From positions 1 through 63,639 of the forward strand of contig JAZQOM010000011.1 of the NCBI GenBank assembly GCA_045627885.1: DNA of 63,639 nucleotides. Reading direction: 5' to 3'. The notes under the pieces are model-generated. The model was not told where the DNA came from. It made no database searches and saw nothing but the letters and a program-made list of their open reading frames with translations. Within the stretch, counting starts at the first letter, position 1; every line of letters starts with the position of its first letter. Positions 37,345 through 45,745 of the stretch are shown here, piece after piece. Both the position numbers and the translations under genes were made by a program. This DNA is from Eubacteriales bacterium (GTDB lineage Bacteria; Bacillota; Clostridia; Oscillospirales; CAG-272).

Positions 37345-38460
37345 TTATATTATTGACATTATTACAGCAAGAATCAACAAAAACGAAAAATTGAATATCG
37401 AGAAAAGACCTATATACGAAAATGTTTTATTAGGGTTATGCTTTGAGTATTCTCTGAATGTTATAAGGCTTGCAAGGGAAGAAATAAGCGTTCCCACTCC
37501 GCCGATGTTTACTCCGACAAGAAGGTCGGGATAATTCTGTGTGAATCCCGAAAGAAGTATCGCCGAGGGAACATTGCTTATACATTGACAAGATATGATT
37601 GAGAATAATAAAGTATTCTTTTCGAGCAGAGCGGAAAACAGGTTTCTCACCGCATCTATTCTTGCCATATTTCCCGAAAATACAAAAAAGCAGACAAATG
37701 TCAGAAGCAGCGGATAATCGACAGATTTTAATGCTTCTTTATCAGCAAAAAACAGTATGGGCGGTATCACGATAAGACCGACATAATACGGTATTCCGCG
37801 GAAGACTATTGCTATTGACAGCGCAAAAAGCAGAAGATACAGAATGGTTTTTCTCGGATTTAATCTTACCCTTTCGTCCTCGTGAGCCATAGGCTCTGCT
37901 TTTACGAATATGATACAGCAAATAGTGATGAGCGTTATTGATATGATAAACGGCGGAAACATTATTCCGACAAATTCGCCGGTCGGAATTTTGAATTTGG
38001 TATACAAATACAAATTTTGCGGATTGCCGAACGGCGTGAGCATTCCTCCGAGATTTGCCGCGATATTCTGCATTATAAATGTAAAAGCCATATACTTTTT
38101 CATTCCGGTTTCGGACAAAACAAAGAAGCCGAGCGGAAGAAATGTCAAGAGCGCCATATCGTTCGCGATTAGCATTGAGCCGATAAATGTCACCCACACA
38201 AGGACAAGAACGCAGGCTCGCGCGTTTTTGAATTTTTGGACAATCTTTTTTGCGAGAATATAGAAGAAGTGTATATTCTTCAATGCGCATACGACGGCAA
38301 GAACGCAGAAAAGGCAGGTGAGTGTCTTAAAATCGAAATATGATATGTATTCTTTGTCGGGTATGACAATAAATGAGGTGACCACCGCGCCGAGAAAAGC
38401 GACGGTAAGCACGATATTTCTTTTTATAAAAGAAAGAACGGCACCGAAAAATTTTGTCAT
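37345..38460 (-). CDS. ArsB/NhaD-superfamily anion permease
   Basis: Start moved to ATG 38460 (RBS AGAGG) because the 38493 start lies inside the tRNA terminator hairpin. Polytopic membrane protein. Confidence 0.72.
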   Translation of the reverse strand: MTKFFGAVLSFIKRNIVLTVAFLGAVVTSFIVIPDKEYISYFDFKTLTCLFCVLAVVCALKNIHFFYILAKKIVQKFKNARACVLVLVWVTFIGSMLIANDMALLTFLPLGFFVLSETGMKKYMAFTFIMQNIAANLGGMLTPFGNPQNLYLYTKFKIPTGEFVGIMFPPFIISITLITICCIIFVKAEPMAHEDERVRLNPRKTILYLLLFALSIAIVFRGIPYYVGLIVIPPILFFADKEALKSVDYPLLLTFVCFFVFSGNMARIDAVRNLFSALLEKNTLLFSIISCQCISNVPSAILLSGFTQNYPDLLVGVNIGGVGTLISSLASLITFREYSKHNPNKTFSYIGLFSIFNFSFLLILAVIMSII

Positions 38461-38483
38461 AACTGCCTCTTTTAATTTGTTTG

Positions 38484-38518
38484 AAAAAAGCACATCGCTG
38501 CTCGCGATGTGCTTTTTT
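38484..38518. terminator. Bidirectional terminator downstream of the tRNA pair
   Basis: Stem GCACATCGC/GCGATGTGC flanked by A6 and T6. Confidence 0.8.
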
Positions 38519-38519
38519 G

Positions 38520-38595
<76 letters not shown>

Positions 38596-38672
38596 TGGCG
38601 ACTCGGATGGGGCTCGAACCCACGACCTCCAGCGTGACAGGCTGGCGTTCTAACCAACTGAACTACCGAGCC
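38596..38672 (-). tRNA. tRNA-Asp (anticodon GTC)
   Basis: 77 nt. Acceptor GGCTCGG/CCGAGTC, anticodon loop CTGTCAC, T-loop TTCGAGC, encoded CCA. Its last A directly precedes G1 of tRNA-Thr. Confidence 0.9.
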
Positions 38673-38693
38673 AAGTCGTCTTTGACTTTATGA

Positions 38694-38722
38694 ATTATAT
38701 ACTAAATATTTCTTCTTGTCAA
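38694..38722 (-). promoter_or_regulatory. Consensus sigma-A promoter of the tRNA-Asp/tRNA-Thr pair
   Basis: Minus strand: -35 TTGACA (38722-38717), 17-nt spacer, -10 TATAAT (38699-38694). Confidence 0.8.
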
Positions 38723-38809
38723 GGATTAATTAAATTTTTTTTGATATTTTCGTTTATATTGATTTCAAATTGAAAAAATATAACTGAAATACAAATTTAG
38801 GAGAAATAT

Positions 38810-39733
38810 ATGGATATCAGAACTGACCTTGCGATTGAATTACACGCCGACGCCGTAAAAGAATCAAAAAACAACAATTCCGACGGAATAGAAGTATCCA
38901 AAGAAAAATACCCGTTCTGTGAGCTTACGAGAATCAAGGTTATCGATAAAAGCGGTGAGGAGATTCTTTGCAAGCCGAAAGGAAATTACATTACGCTCGA
39001 ATTCGGCAGAGTAGGCGTTTCTGAAACTGAAAAATTCTGTTCTGTTTGCGATATTCTCAAAACTGAGCTTACAAATCTGTTATACGGTATAAACGGCGGC
39101 TTACCGAAAAAAATTCTGATTGTAGGTCTCGGAAATGCCGATATTACCGCCGATGCGCTTGGCCCTCTCACAATAAAAAGTGTGGTTGTAACCGGTCATT
39201 TGGAGCGTATAAGCTCCGAGCTTTTCGAGAGCTTCGGCGGTATTGCAATTACCGCGCTTTCTACGGGAGTTATGGCTCAAACAGGAATGGAAAGTGCGGA
39301 GATTATAAAGAGTATTACAGACAGAACGGAGCCGGATGCGGTAATAGTCATTGACGCTCTTGCATCAAATTCGATGTCAAGGCTCGGATGCACATTACAG
39401 CTTGCCGATACTGGTATATGTCCCGGCTCGGGAATCGGCAATAACAGAGATGCTTTGAACAGAGAGACTCTCGGAGTACCCGTAATTTCCGTAGGTGTTC
39501 CGACTATGGTCGAAATTGCCGCAATCGCCGCAGACGCTTTTGAAAAAGCGGGTGCAAACACTCTGAGTCTCGGGCGCATTCGAGATATACTCGGTGAAGA
39601 CGGAAAAGTTCTTGTAACTCCCAAGGACTGCGGCATCATGATAGCTGATGTTGCAAAGCTTATAGGCTTTGCCATTGACAAGGCTTTGATATCCGATATT
39701 GACTATCAGGAAATAGCAAGACTCGTAAACTGA
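38810..39733 (+). CDS. gpr: Germination protease GPR
   Basis: 307 aa. RTDLAIE N-terminus and the VGLGNADITADALGP motif. Synteny with spoIIP. Confidence 0.88.
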   Translation: MDIRTDLAIELHADAVKESKNNNSDGIEVSKEKYPFCELTRIKVIDKSGEEILCKPKGNYITLEFGRVGVSETEKFCSVCDILKTELTNLLYGINGGLPKKILIVGLGNADITADALGPLTIKSVVVTGHLERISSELFESFGGIAITALSTGVMAQTGMESAEIIKSITDRTEPDAVIVIDALASNSMSRLGCTLQLADTGICPGSGIGNNRDALNRETLGVPVISVGVPTMVEIAAIAADAFEKAGANTLSLGRIRDILGEDGKVLVTPKDCGIMIADVAKLIGFAIDKALISDIDYQEIARLVN

Positions 39734-39791
39734 TGTATTGAATCGGACAGACTGTCATATAATCTAATGAAAAAATTACAGGAGACAAAAT

Positions 39792-40943
39792 ATGAACGAC
39801 AGAACAAACGGAATACCGGGTGCGTTATTCTCGGTAATATCGCGTACGCTTCTAATATTGATGTGCGTTTTTGCCGCTTTTGCGGTTACTTTTCTCGAAA
39901 ATCCTCCGAAAGCAATATCGAACTCTATTTTGGAAAGCTTTTCGGGCGGTGTCAATTTAAGTGAGGATACGATAATTAAACGAATATTCGGCGTTAAGGA
40001 TATAAATGCTGAGGATTTCGACAGCGAAGAAGAGCCGACTGTTATCGATTACGGTATGTCAATCGATGAGGTTCTTTTGAATAATCAGGACGATATAAAT
40101 GATAAGAAAGTTCAGGATGTTAAGCTGCCTGAAGGCGCTTATCCGATAAAAGAGCGTAATCTTTCGGGGCAAAAAGACTCATCACTTAAGCTTCTTTACA
40201 AGAACAAGACCGGTAAAAGCATAAATGACAAATACATAAATAAACTCCTTGAGAAAGCTTATCCGATTAAAATAAAATCGCTTTCGGAAGGGCCTTCGGT
40301 GCTGATAGTACATACGCATACAACCGAATGCTATGCAGAAGAGGGGAAAGGATATTATATTCCCAAAAACGCGGTAGCAGAAACAAGAAGCAGGGATGAC
40401 GGCAAAAATGTTATAGCGGTAGGCGATGTATTCGAGGAAGTCCTTACAGGTATGGGAATCGGTGTAATTCACTGCAAGGATTATCACGACATATATGTAT
40501 TCAACGAATCGTACAGTCACAGTTACAGCACAGTAAAAAAATATCTCGAAGCTTATCCGACGATAAAATATGTTATAGATTTGCACAGAGACTCGGTTAT
40601 TCAAACAAACGGAACAAAGGTATGTCCCGTTACAACCGTAAACGGTAAAAAATGCGCCCAGATGATGATTCTCGTGGGCACAGATGATAACGGGCTGAAG
40701 CATGATAACTGGGAAACGAATATGACGCTTGCGGTGAAGCTTCAGGACAGTCTTGTTAAGAAATACGGCGAGATTGTAAGACCGATGGTGATTCGCAGCG
40801 GAAGGTTTAATCAGCAACTGTGCAAGGGAATGCTTCTGTTTGAGATTGGCGCCTGCGGCAACACTCTTGAGCAGGCAAAAAATACAGCAAGATTTGTCGC
40901 AGTCGCTTATGGTGAGCTTATTATACAAAATTCGGGAAAATAA
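39792..40943 (+). CDS. spoIIP: Stage II sporulation protein P
   Basis: 383 aa. N-terminal TM helix and the SpoIIP amidase-like core (VLIVHTHTTECY...DLHRD). Confidence 0.83.
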   Translation: MNDRTNGIPGALFSVISRTLLILMCVFAAFAVTFLENPPKAISNSILESFSGGVNLSEDTIIKRIFGVKDINAEDFDSEEEPTVIDYGMSIDEVLLNNQDDINDKKVQDVKLPEGAYPIKERNLSGQKDSSLKLLYKNKTGKSINDKYINKLLEKAYPIKIKSLSEGPSVLIVHTHTTECYAEEGKGYYIPKNAVAETRSRDDGKNVIAVGDVFEEVLTGMGIGVIHCKDYHDIYVFNESYSHSYSTVKKYLEAYPTIKYVIDLHRDSVIQTNGTKVCPVTTVNGKKCAQMMILVGTDDNGLKHDNWETNMTLAVKLQDSLVKKYGEIVRPMVIRSGRFNQQLCKGMLLFEIGACGNTLEQAKNTARFVAVAYGELIIQNSGK

Positions 40944-40963
40944 CAACTTAACAATATTTATTA

Positions 40964-40992
40964 TTGACAAAAACAAATAAAAATGTTAAAAT
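40964..40992 (+). promoter_or_regulatory. Sigma-A-type promoter of the Wzz/tyrosine-kinase gene
   Basis: -35 TTGACA (40964-40969), 17-nt spacer, TGtTAAAAT extended -10 (hexamer 40987-40992). Confidence 0.65.
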
Positions 40993-41021
40993 AATATGAG
41001 TATAAAACAGAGGTGCGGTAA

Positions 41022-42452
41022 ATGAACGAAGATTTTTCTATTGTTGAGCTTTTCCCGGTTTTTAAGAAAAACTTGAAGTGGATAATACTTGTCGCAATTA
41101 TATTTTTAATTATATCTATTTTATTTTCTTGCTTTTTTGTTACAAAAAAATATACATCTACCGCAAAGATGATTGCAAGCTTTACAACGCTTGATAAAGA
41201 GAAAGATGAGATTCCGAATGCAGTTTCCACCGCTCAGATAAGCGCGGCAACTGCACTTGCAAACAGCTACACCGTTATCTTGAAGAGCGATTATGCCGCA
41301 AACAGAGTTTATACTGAAATATCAAAACAGTGGAAAAACATTTCTATAAAGAAGATACAAAAAAGCATAAATATTTCCACTATCAATGACACCGAAGTTC
41401 TTAAAATCAGCATTACTACCGTAAATCCAGAGCTTTCGAAGGATATTTGCGATGCCTTTGAAAAGGTTGCTCCGAAGATAATTGAAGAAAAGTCATACGG
41501 TCAGCTTCTCACGCTTGACTCCGGCAACTTGCCGCAGTCATATTCATCGCCAAATATCACAAAAAATGCAATTATCGGTTGTTTAATCGGTATAGTAATT
41601 TCGCTTGTGATTATTATTATTTCATTCCTTATGAATAACAAAATCCGCGGCGAAAGCGATGTCGAAAGGAAGTATAATATTCCCGTTCTCGGCAGCATTC
41701 CCACTTTCGCAAGCAAAAAGTCGTCGGGCAAGAAACATCCGTCTCCTGCCGAAAGCTCCGATGTCGGCAGAGCGCAAAACAACTTCTTTGTCATTGAGGC
41801 ATATAAAAACATTCGAACCAATCTAATGTATACATTCAACTCCAATGACAGTAACAGGATAATTGCCGTGTCCGGTGCGGAAGCGGAGGCCGGCAAGTCG
41901 ATTACAAGCGCAAATCTTGCAATCGCGTTTGCACAGAATAATTTCCGTACACTTATGATTGACGCCGATATGAGAAAGCCGACTCAACAAAAGCTCTTCA
42001 AGAGGCAAAACACGGACGGTCTTTCAAAAGTTCTTTCCGGACAGAGCAAATTCGACAGCGCACTTCAGAAGAATGTAATGCCAAATCTCGATATACTTAC
42101 ATCGGGCCCGATTCCGCCTAATCCGTCGGAATTAATGTCTTCTCATGCTATGGAATCGCTCCTTGCCGATGCATCGAAAAAATATGACTGCGTACTTGTC
42201 GATACGCCTCCGATAAACTATGTAACCGACTGTCTTACCATTGCAAATAAAACTTGCGGAATCGTACTCGTCGCAAGGCAATACCACACAGAGTATTCCG
42301 ACCTTTCAAAGACTATCGACAGTGTTAAAACCGTAGGCGGAAAGATTCTCGGAATCATCGTGAGCGATGTTAGCTCCGAAAAGGCAAACAGCAAGTATTA
42401 TCACAACAAATACTATAAGCCGTATTATGCAAAATCCAAGAGCGGAAACTAA
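41022..42452 (+). CDS. Fused Wzz-like chain-length determinant and BY-type tyrosine autokinase
   Basis: 476 aa. Two TM helices flank a Wzz-like domain. P-loop kinase follows: Walker A GAEAEAGKS, A' LMIDADMRKP, B VLVDTPP. C-terminal Tyr cluster KYYHNKYYKPYY. Confidence 0.8.
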   Translation: MNEDFSIVELFPVFKKNLKWIILVAIIFLIISILFSCFFVTKKYTSTAKMIASFTTLDKEKDEIPNAVSTAQISAATALANSYTVILKSDYAANRVYTEISKQWKNISIKKIQKSINISTINDTEVLKISITTVNPELSKDICDAFEKVAPKIIEEKSYGQLLTLDSGNLPQSYSSPNITKNAIIGCLIGIVISLVIIIISFLMNNKIRGESDVERKYNIPVLGSIPTFASKKSSGKKHPSPAESSDVGRAQNNFFVIEAYKNIRTNLMYTFNSNDSNRIIAVSGAEAEAGKSITSANLAIAFAQNNFRTLMIDADMRKPTQQKLFKRQNTDGLSKVLSGQSKFDSALQKNVMPNLDILTSGPIPPNPSELMSSHAMESLLADASKKYDCVLVDTPPINYVTDCLTIANKTCGIVLVARQYHTEYSDLSKTIDSVKTVGGKILGIIVSDVSSEKANSKYYHNKYYKPYYAKSKSGN

Positions 42453-42532
42453 TTGTTTTTGTTTATTCTGAAGCAGCATCCGAAGAAAAGACCGAGATAA
42501 AACGAAACGAATATTCCGACAATATACAGCAT
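42449..42532 (-). CDS. Candidate 27-aa hydrophobic peptide (unverified small ORF)
   Basis: Hand translation gives MLYIVGIFVSFYLGLFFGCCFRINKNN. RBS AAAGGA lies 7 nt upstream. It is antisense to the 3' UTR of the kinase gene. Confidence 0.25.
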   Translation of the reverse strand: MLYIVGIFVSFYLGLFFGCCFRINKNN

Positions 42533-42547
42533 AATGATATCCTTTCG

Positions 42548-42577
42548 TCAGCCGCCGTTTTCGGCGGCTGATTTTTT
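42548..42577 (+). terminator. Intrinsic terminator of the Wzz/kinase gene
   Basis: 10-bp GC-rich stem TCAGCCGCCG/CGGCGGCTGA followed by T6. It lies about 95 nt after the stop codon. Confidence 0.85.
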
Positions 42578-42700
42578 CTGTATGTATTTTTTGCATAATA
42601 AATATAAATATTCTTATTTTTTTCAAAAAATAAAAGAATTCAATCAAATAATGTTGTATTAATAATATAGTAGTGAGTTTTATGAAAAGGAGGTCGCAAT

Positions 42701-44476
42701 ATGAGGTTCGACTCGGAATTCATTCGTGAGCTTAAAGCGCGTTGCAGAATCGAAGATGTCATAGGCAAAACACTTCAGCTTAAACGAGCCGGAAGCAATT
42801 ATGTTGCGTGCTGTCCTTTTCATAGCGAAAAAACGCCTTCTTTTACGGTTTTTCCCAATACTCAAAACTATTATTGCTTCGGCTGTTCCGAAGGCGGCGA
42901 CATAATTACATTTGTTATGAAAACCGCGAATATGGAATATCCGGAAGCGGTTAAATATCTTGCTGATTTTTGCGGTCTGCCTGTTCCGATTGAAGATGAC
43001 CCGAGAGCCATTGAGCGGCAAAGGCTAAAAAAAAGATTGTCGGAGTTAAATCTGTTTGCCGCAAAATTTTTCAGAGAGCAGCTCTTTTCCGACAGAGGAA
43101 GTATTGCAAGAGAGTATCTTTTTGAAAAAAGAAAGCTTTCCGTTGCGACGGTAAAGCGCTTCGGGCTCGGATACGCTCCCGACGAATGGAATGCGTTCAG
43201 CTCCGCCGCACTGAATGCCGGATATACCGAGCAAGAGCTTTATGATGCTTTTTTTGCGGGGAAAAGCTCAAAAACTGGAAAACCGTTTGATTATTTTCGA
43301 AACAGAGTTATGTTCCCGTATTTTGACATCAACGGGAATGTAATTGCTTTCGGCGGCAGAATTATCGGAGACGGTGAGCCTAAATATCTTAATACAAAGG
43401 ACACACCGATATTCAAAAAAGGGCTTAATCTTTACGCAATGAATTATGCAAAAAACACCGCTGACGAAACCCTTATGCTTTGCGAAGGATATATGGATGT
43501 AATTTCTTTGCATCAGGCGGGCTTTTCCGGAGCTGTTGCGTCGTGCGGAACAGCTCTGACGGAAGAGCAGGCGCGCGTAATTGCAAGGTATGCAAAACGC
43601 GTAGTTATATGCTATGACTCCGATAAAGCCGGAACTCTTGCCACACAGCGAGCGGTTGACATTCTTGCAAAGCACGATATCGTTGTCGCGGTACTCAATC
43701 ACTCGGGCATGAAGGGTGCAAAAGACCCGGACGAATTTATAAAGCTTCACGGAAGCGAAGCATTCAGAATGCTGATTGACGGCTCAGGCTCACAGAACGA
43801 ATATATGCTTTCCAAAATTCTCGGAAAGTACAATATTGACAATCCGGAGGATAAGATTCGTATAGTCAAAGAATGCTCGGACTATATAGCCACTCTTGAA
43901 AGCAGAGTCGCTCGCGAGGTTTATTCTTCAAAGATTGCCGATAAGGTCGGCATAAGCGAAAAAAGTATGCTTGACGAAGTTGAGCACAAAGCCCAGAAGA
44001 ACGCTCGTTATCAAAAGCGCAGGTATGAAACCGAAAAAGTGAGAGATATTTCGAGGATTTCGGACAGAATCAACACACAGGCTTCGAGAAACCTGAGAGC
44101 CGTGACTGCTGAGGAAAATCTTATCGGAATACTTGCGGCTTTTCCGGAAATGATAAAAAAAACCGAAAAAAACATATCGCCCGACGATTTTGTCACTTCG
44201 CTTGACAGAGATATCTATGCAAGACTGATTGAGATAGTAAGTGACGGCGGTATTCCGGAAATTTCAACGCTATCCGAGTTTTTTGAGCCGAATGTCATGT
44301 CGCGGATATATGAGCTGAAGGAATCGCGCATAAAGCTTGCCGTAAATGACGAAAAAGAAATCGAGTCATTATGTTCCATTATACGGGAAGAAAAATCAAA
44401 ATGCGATAAAGCGGAAAATCTGTCTGACACGGATTTTCTTGCTGTAATTGAAAAAATGAAAAATAAAAAGCAATAG
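42701..44476 (+). CDS. dnaG: DNA primase
   Basis: 591 aa. CHC2 zinc finger ([12 protein letters not shown]...CFGC) and Toprim motif (EGYMDVISL). Confidence 0.95.
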   Translation: MRFDSEFIRELKARCRIEDVIGKTLQLKRAGSNYVACCPFHSEKTPSFTVFPNTQNYYCFGCSEGGDIITFVMKTANMEYPEAVKYLADFCGLPVPIEDDPRAIERQRLKKRLSELNLFAAKFFREQLFSDRGSIAREYLFEKRKLSVATVKRFGLGYAPDEWNAFSSAALNAGYTEQELYDAFFAGKSSKTGKPFDYFRNRVMFPYFDINGNVIAFGGRIIGDGEPKYLNTKDTPIFKKGLNLYAMNYAKNTADETLMLCEGYMDVISLHQAGFSGAVASCGTALTEEQARVIARYAKRVVICYDSDKAGTLATQRAVDILAKHDIVVAVLNHSGMKGAKDPDEFIKLHGSEAFRMLIDGSGSQNEYMLSKILGKYNIDNPEDKIRIVKECSDYIATLESRVAREVYSSKIADKVGISEKSMLDEVEHKAQKNARYQKRRYETEKVRDISRISDRINTQASRNLRAVTAEENLIGILAAFPEMIKKTEKNISPDDFVTSLDRDIYARLIEIVSDGGIPEISTLSEFFEPNVMSRIYELKESRIKLAVNDEKEIESLCSIIREEKSKCDKAENLSDTDFLAVIEKMKNKKQ

Positions 44477-44502
44477 CTTATGCTTTTGCGGAAAGGAATA
44501 AA

Positions 44503-45603
44503 ATGTCGGAACAGAAAAAAAACACTTTCAGCGAAATTATTGCAAAAGGCAAAGCAAAGGGCAGTCTTACCACAACAGAAATACTTGAGGCTCTTGATGA
44601 CGGAGATTATGATGCCGAGCAGGTAGAAAAGCTTTATGAGCAGCTTGCAAGCGAGGGAGTTGAGGTATCGGGAGAATTTGAAACGCTTGATACCGATGAT
44701 TCCGATGTAATTGACGATTCGGATGATGTTGAAAGCGGTGAAGATGTCGATAAGATGCTTGACCAGGACGGCATAGCCGTAAATGACCCGGTCAGAATGT
44801 ATCTTAAAGAGATTGGTAAAGTTCCGCTTCTTGCTCCGGACAAGGAAATTGAGTATGCAATTAAAATGGCAAACGGAGACGATTTTGCCAAGAATATGCT
44901 TGTCGAAGCAAACCTTCGTCTTGTAGTCAGCATAGCAAAGAAATACGGCGGACGCGGACTTTATTTCCTTGACCTGATTCAGGAGGGGAATCTCGGTCTT
45001 ATGAAAGCGGTTGAGAAATTCGACTACCGTAAGGGCTATAAATTTTCGACATACGCTACTTGGTGGATAAGACAAGCCATCACAAGAGCAATAGCAGACC
45101 AGGCAAGAACAATAAGAATACCCGTTCACATGGTTGAGACGATAAATAAGGTTTTAAGGGTATCAAAACAGCTCTTGCAGGAGCTCGGACACGAGGCAAC
45201 CGCCGAAGAAATAGCTCAGGTAATGAATATGCCTGTTGAAAAAGATCTTGAAATTATAAAAATTGCGCAGGAGCCCGTTTCACTCGAAACTCCGATAGGT
45301 GAGGAAGAGGACAGCCATCTCGGCGACTTTATTCCCGATGAAAGCGCTCCGGCACCGGCGGAGGTTGCAAGCTCGACGCTTCTTCGCGAGCAACTCCTCG
45401 ATGTTCTTCACACGCTTACGCCGAGAGAAGAGCATGTTCTCAAGCTCCGTTTCGGACTTGAAGACGGCAGGTCGAGAACGCTTGAAGAAGTCGGTAAGGA
45501 ATTCAATATTACAAGAGAGCGTATTCGTCAGATTGAGGCGAAAGCTTTGAGAAAATTGAGACATCCGAGCCGTTCCAAGAGACTTAAGGACTATCTTGAT
45601 TAA
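44503..45603 (+). CDS. rpoD: Primary RNA polymerase sigma factor
   Basis: 366 aa. Region 2 ([21 protein letters not shown]) and region 4.2 ([20 protein letters not shown]). Lies downstream of dnaG. Confidence 0.96.
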   Translation: MSEQKKNTFSEIIAKGKAKGSLTTTEILEALDDGDYDAEQVEKLYEQLASEGVEVSGEFETLDTDDSDVIDDSDDVESGEDVDKMLDQDGIAVNDPVRMYLKEIGKVPLLAPDKEIEYAIKMANGDDFAKNMLVEANLRLVVSIAKKYGGRGLYFLDLIQEGNLGLMKAVEKFDYRKGYKFSTYATWWIRQAITRAIADQARTIRIPVHMVETINKVLRVSKQLLQELGHEATAEEIAQVMNMPVEKDLEIIKIAQEPVSLETPIGEEEDSHLGDFIPDESAPAPAEVASSTLLREQLLDVLHTLTPREEHVLKLRFGLEDGRSRTLEEVGKEFNITRERIRQIEAKALRKLRHPSRSKRLKDYLD

Positions 45604-45675
45604 TTTATAACAATCTTGCTATTTTTGTGCAACACTATTATTTTATGTCAAATGCCCGAAAATGGGCAAAATTCC

Positions 45676-45704
45676 TTGACAATTCCTGCAATTTGATGTA
45701 ATAT
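45676..45704 (+). promoter_or_regulatory. Sigma-A-type promoter of the 831-aa lipoprotein gene
   Basis: -35 TTGACA (45676-45681), 17-nt spacer, -10 TAATAT (45699-45704). Confidence 0.65.
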
Positions 45705-45745
45705 ATATGATGTTGAGTTATGTATAACAGGAGGTAATACCCATA

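Noticed and set aside
39734-39791. Possible sigma-E-type promoter (CATATAAT with upstream ATGTATTG) before spoIIP, and forespore-type promoters before gpr
   Set aside because: The matches to sporulation sigma consensus sequences are too loose to tell from AT-rich background by eye. I did not report them as features.
44215-45129. 304-aa minus-strand ORF across the dnaG-rpoD junction
   Set aside because: It is antisense to two highly conserved genes. The translation is Cys/Phe/Ile/Lys-rich nonsense with no start context. The same reasoning applies to 40182-40976, 46379-47143, 16784-17437, 21251-21850, 26488-27150, 10174-10710, 11192-11695, 37742-38290 and 30564-31037.
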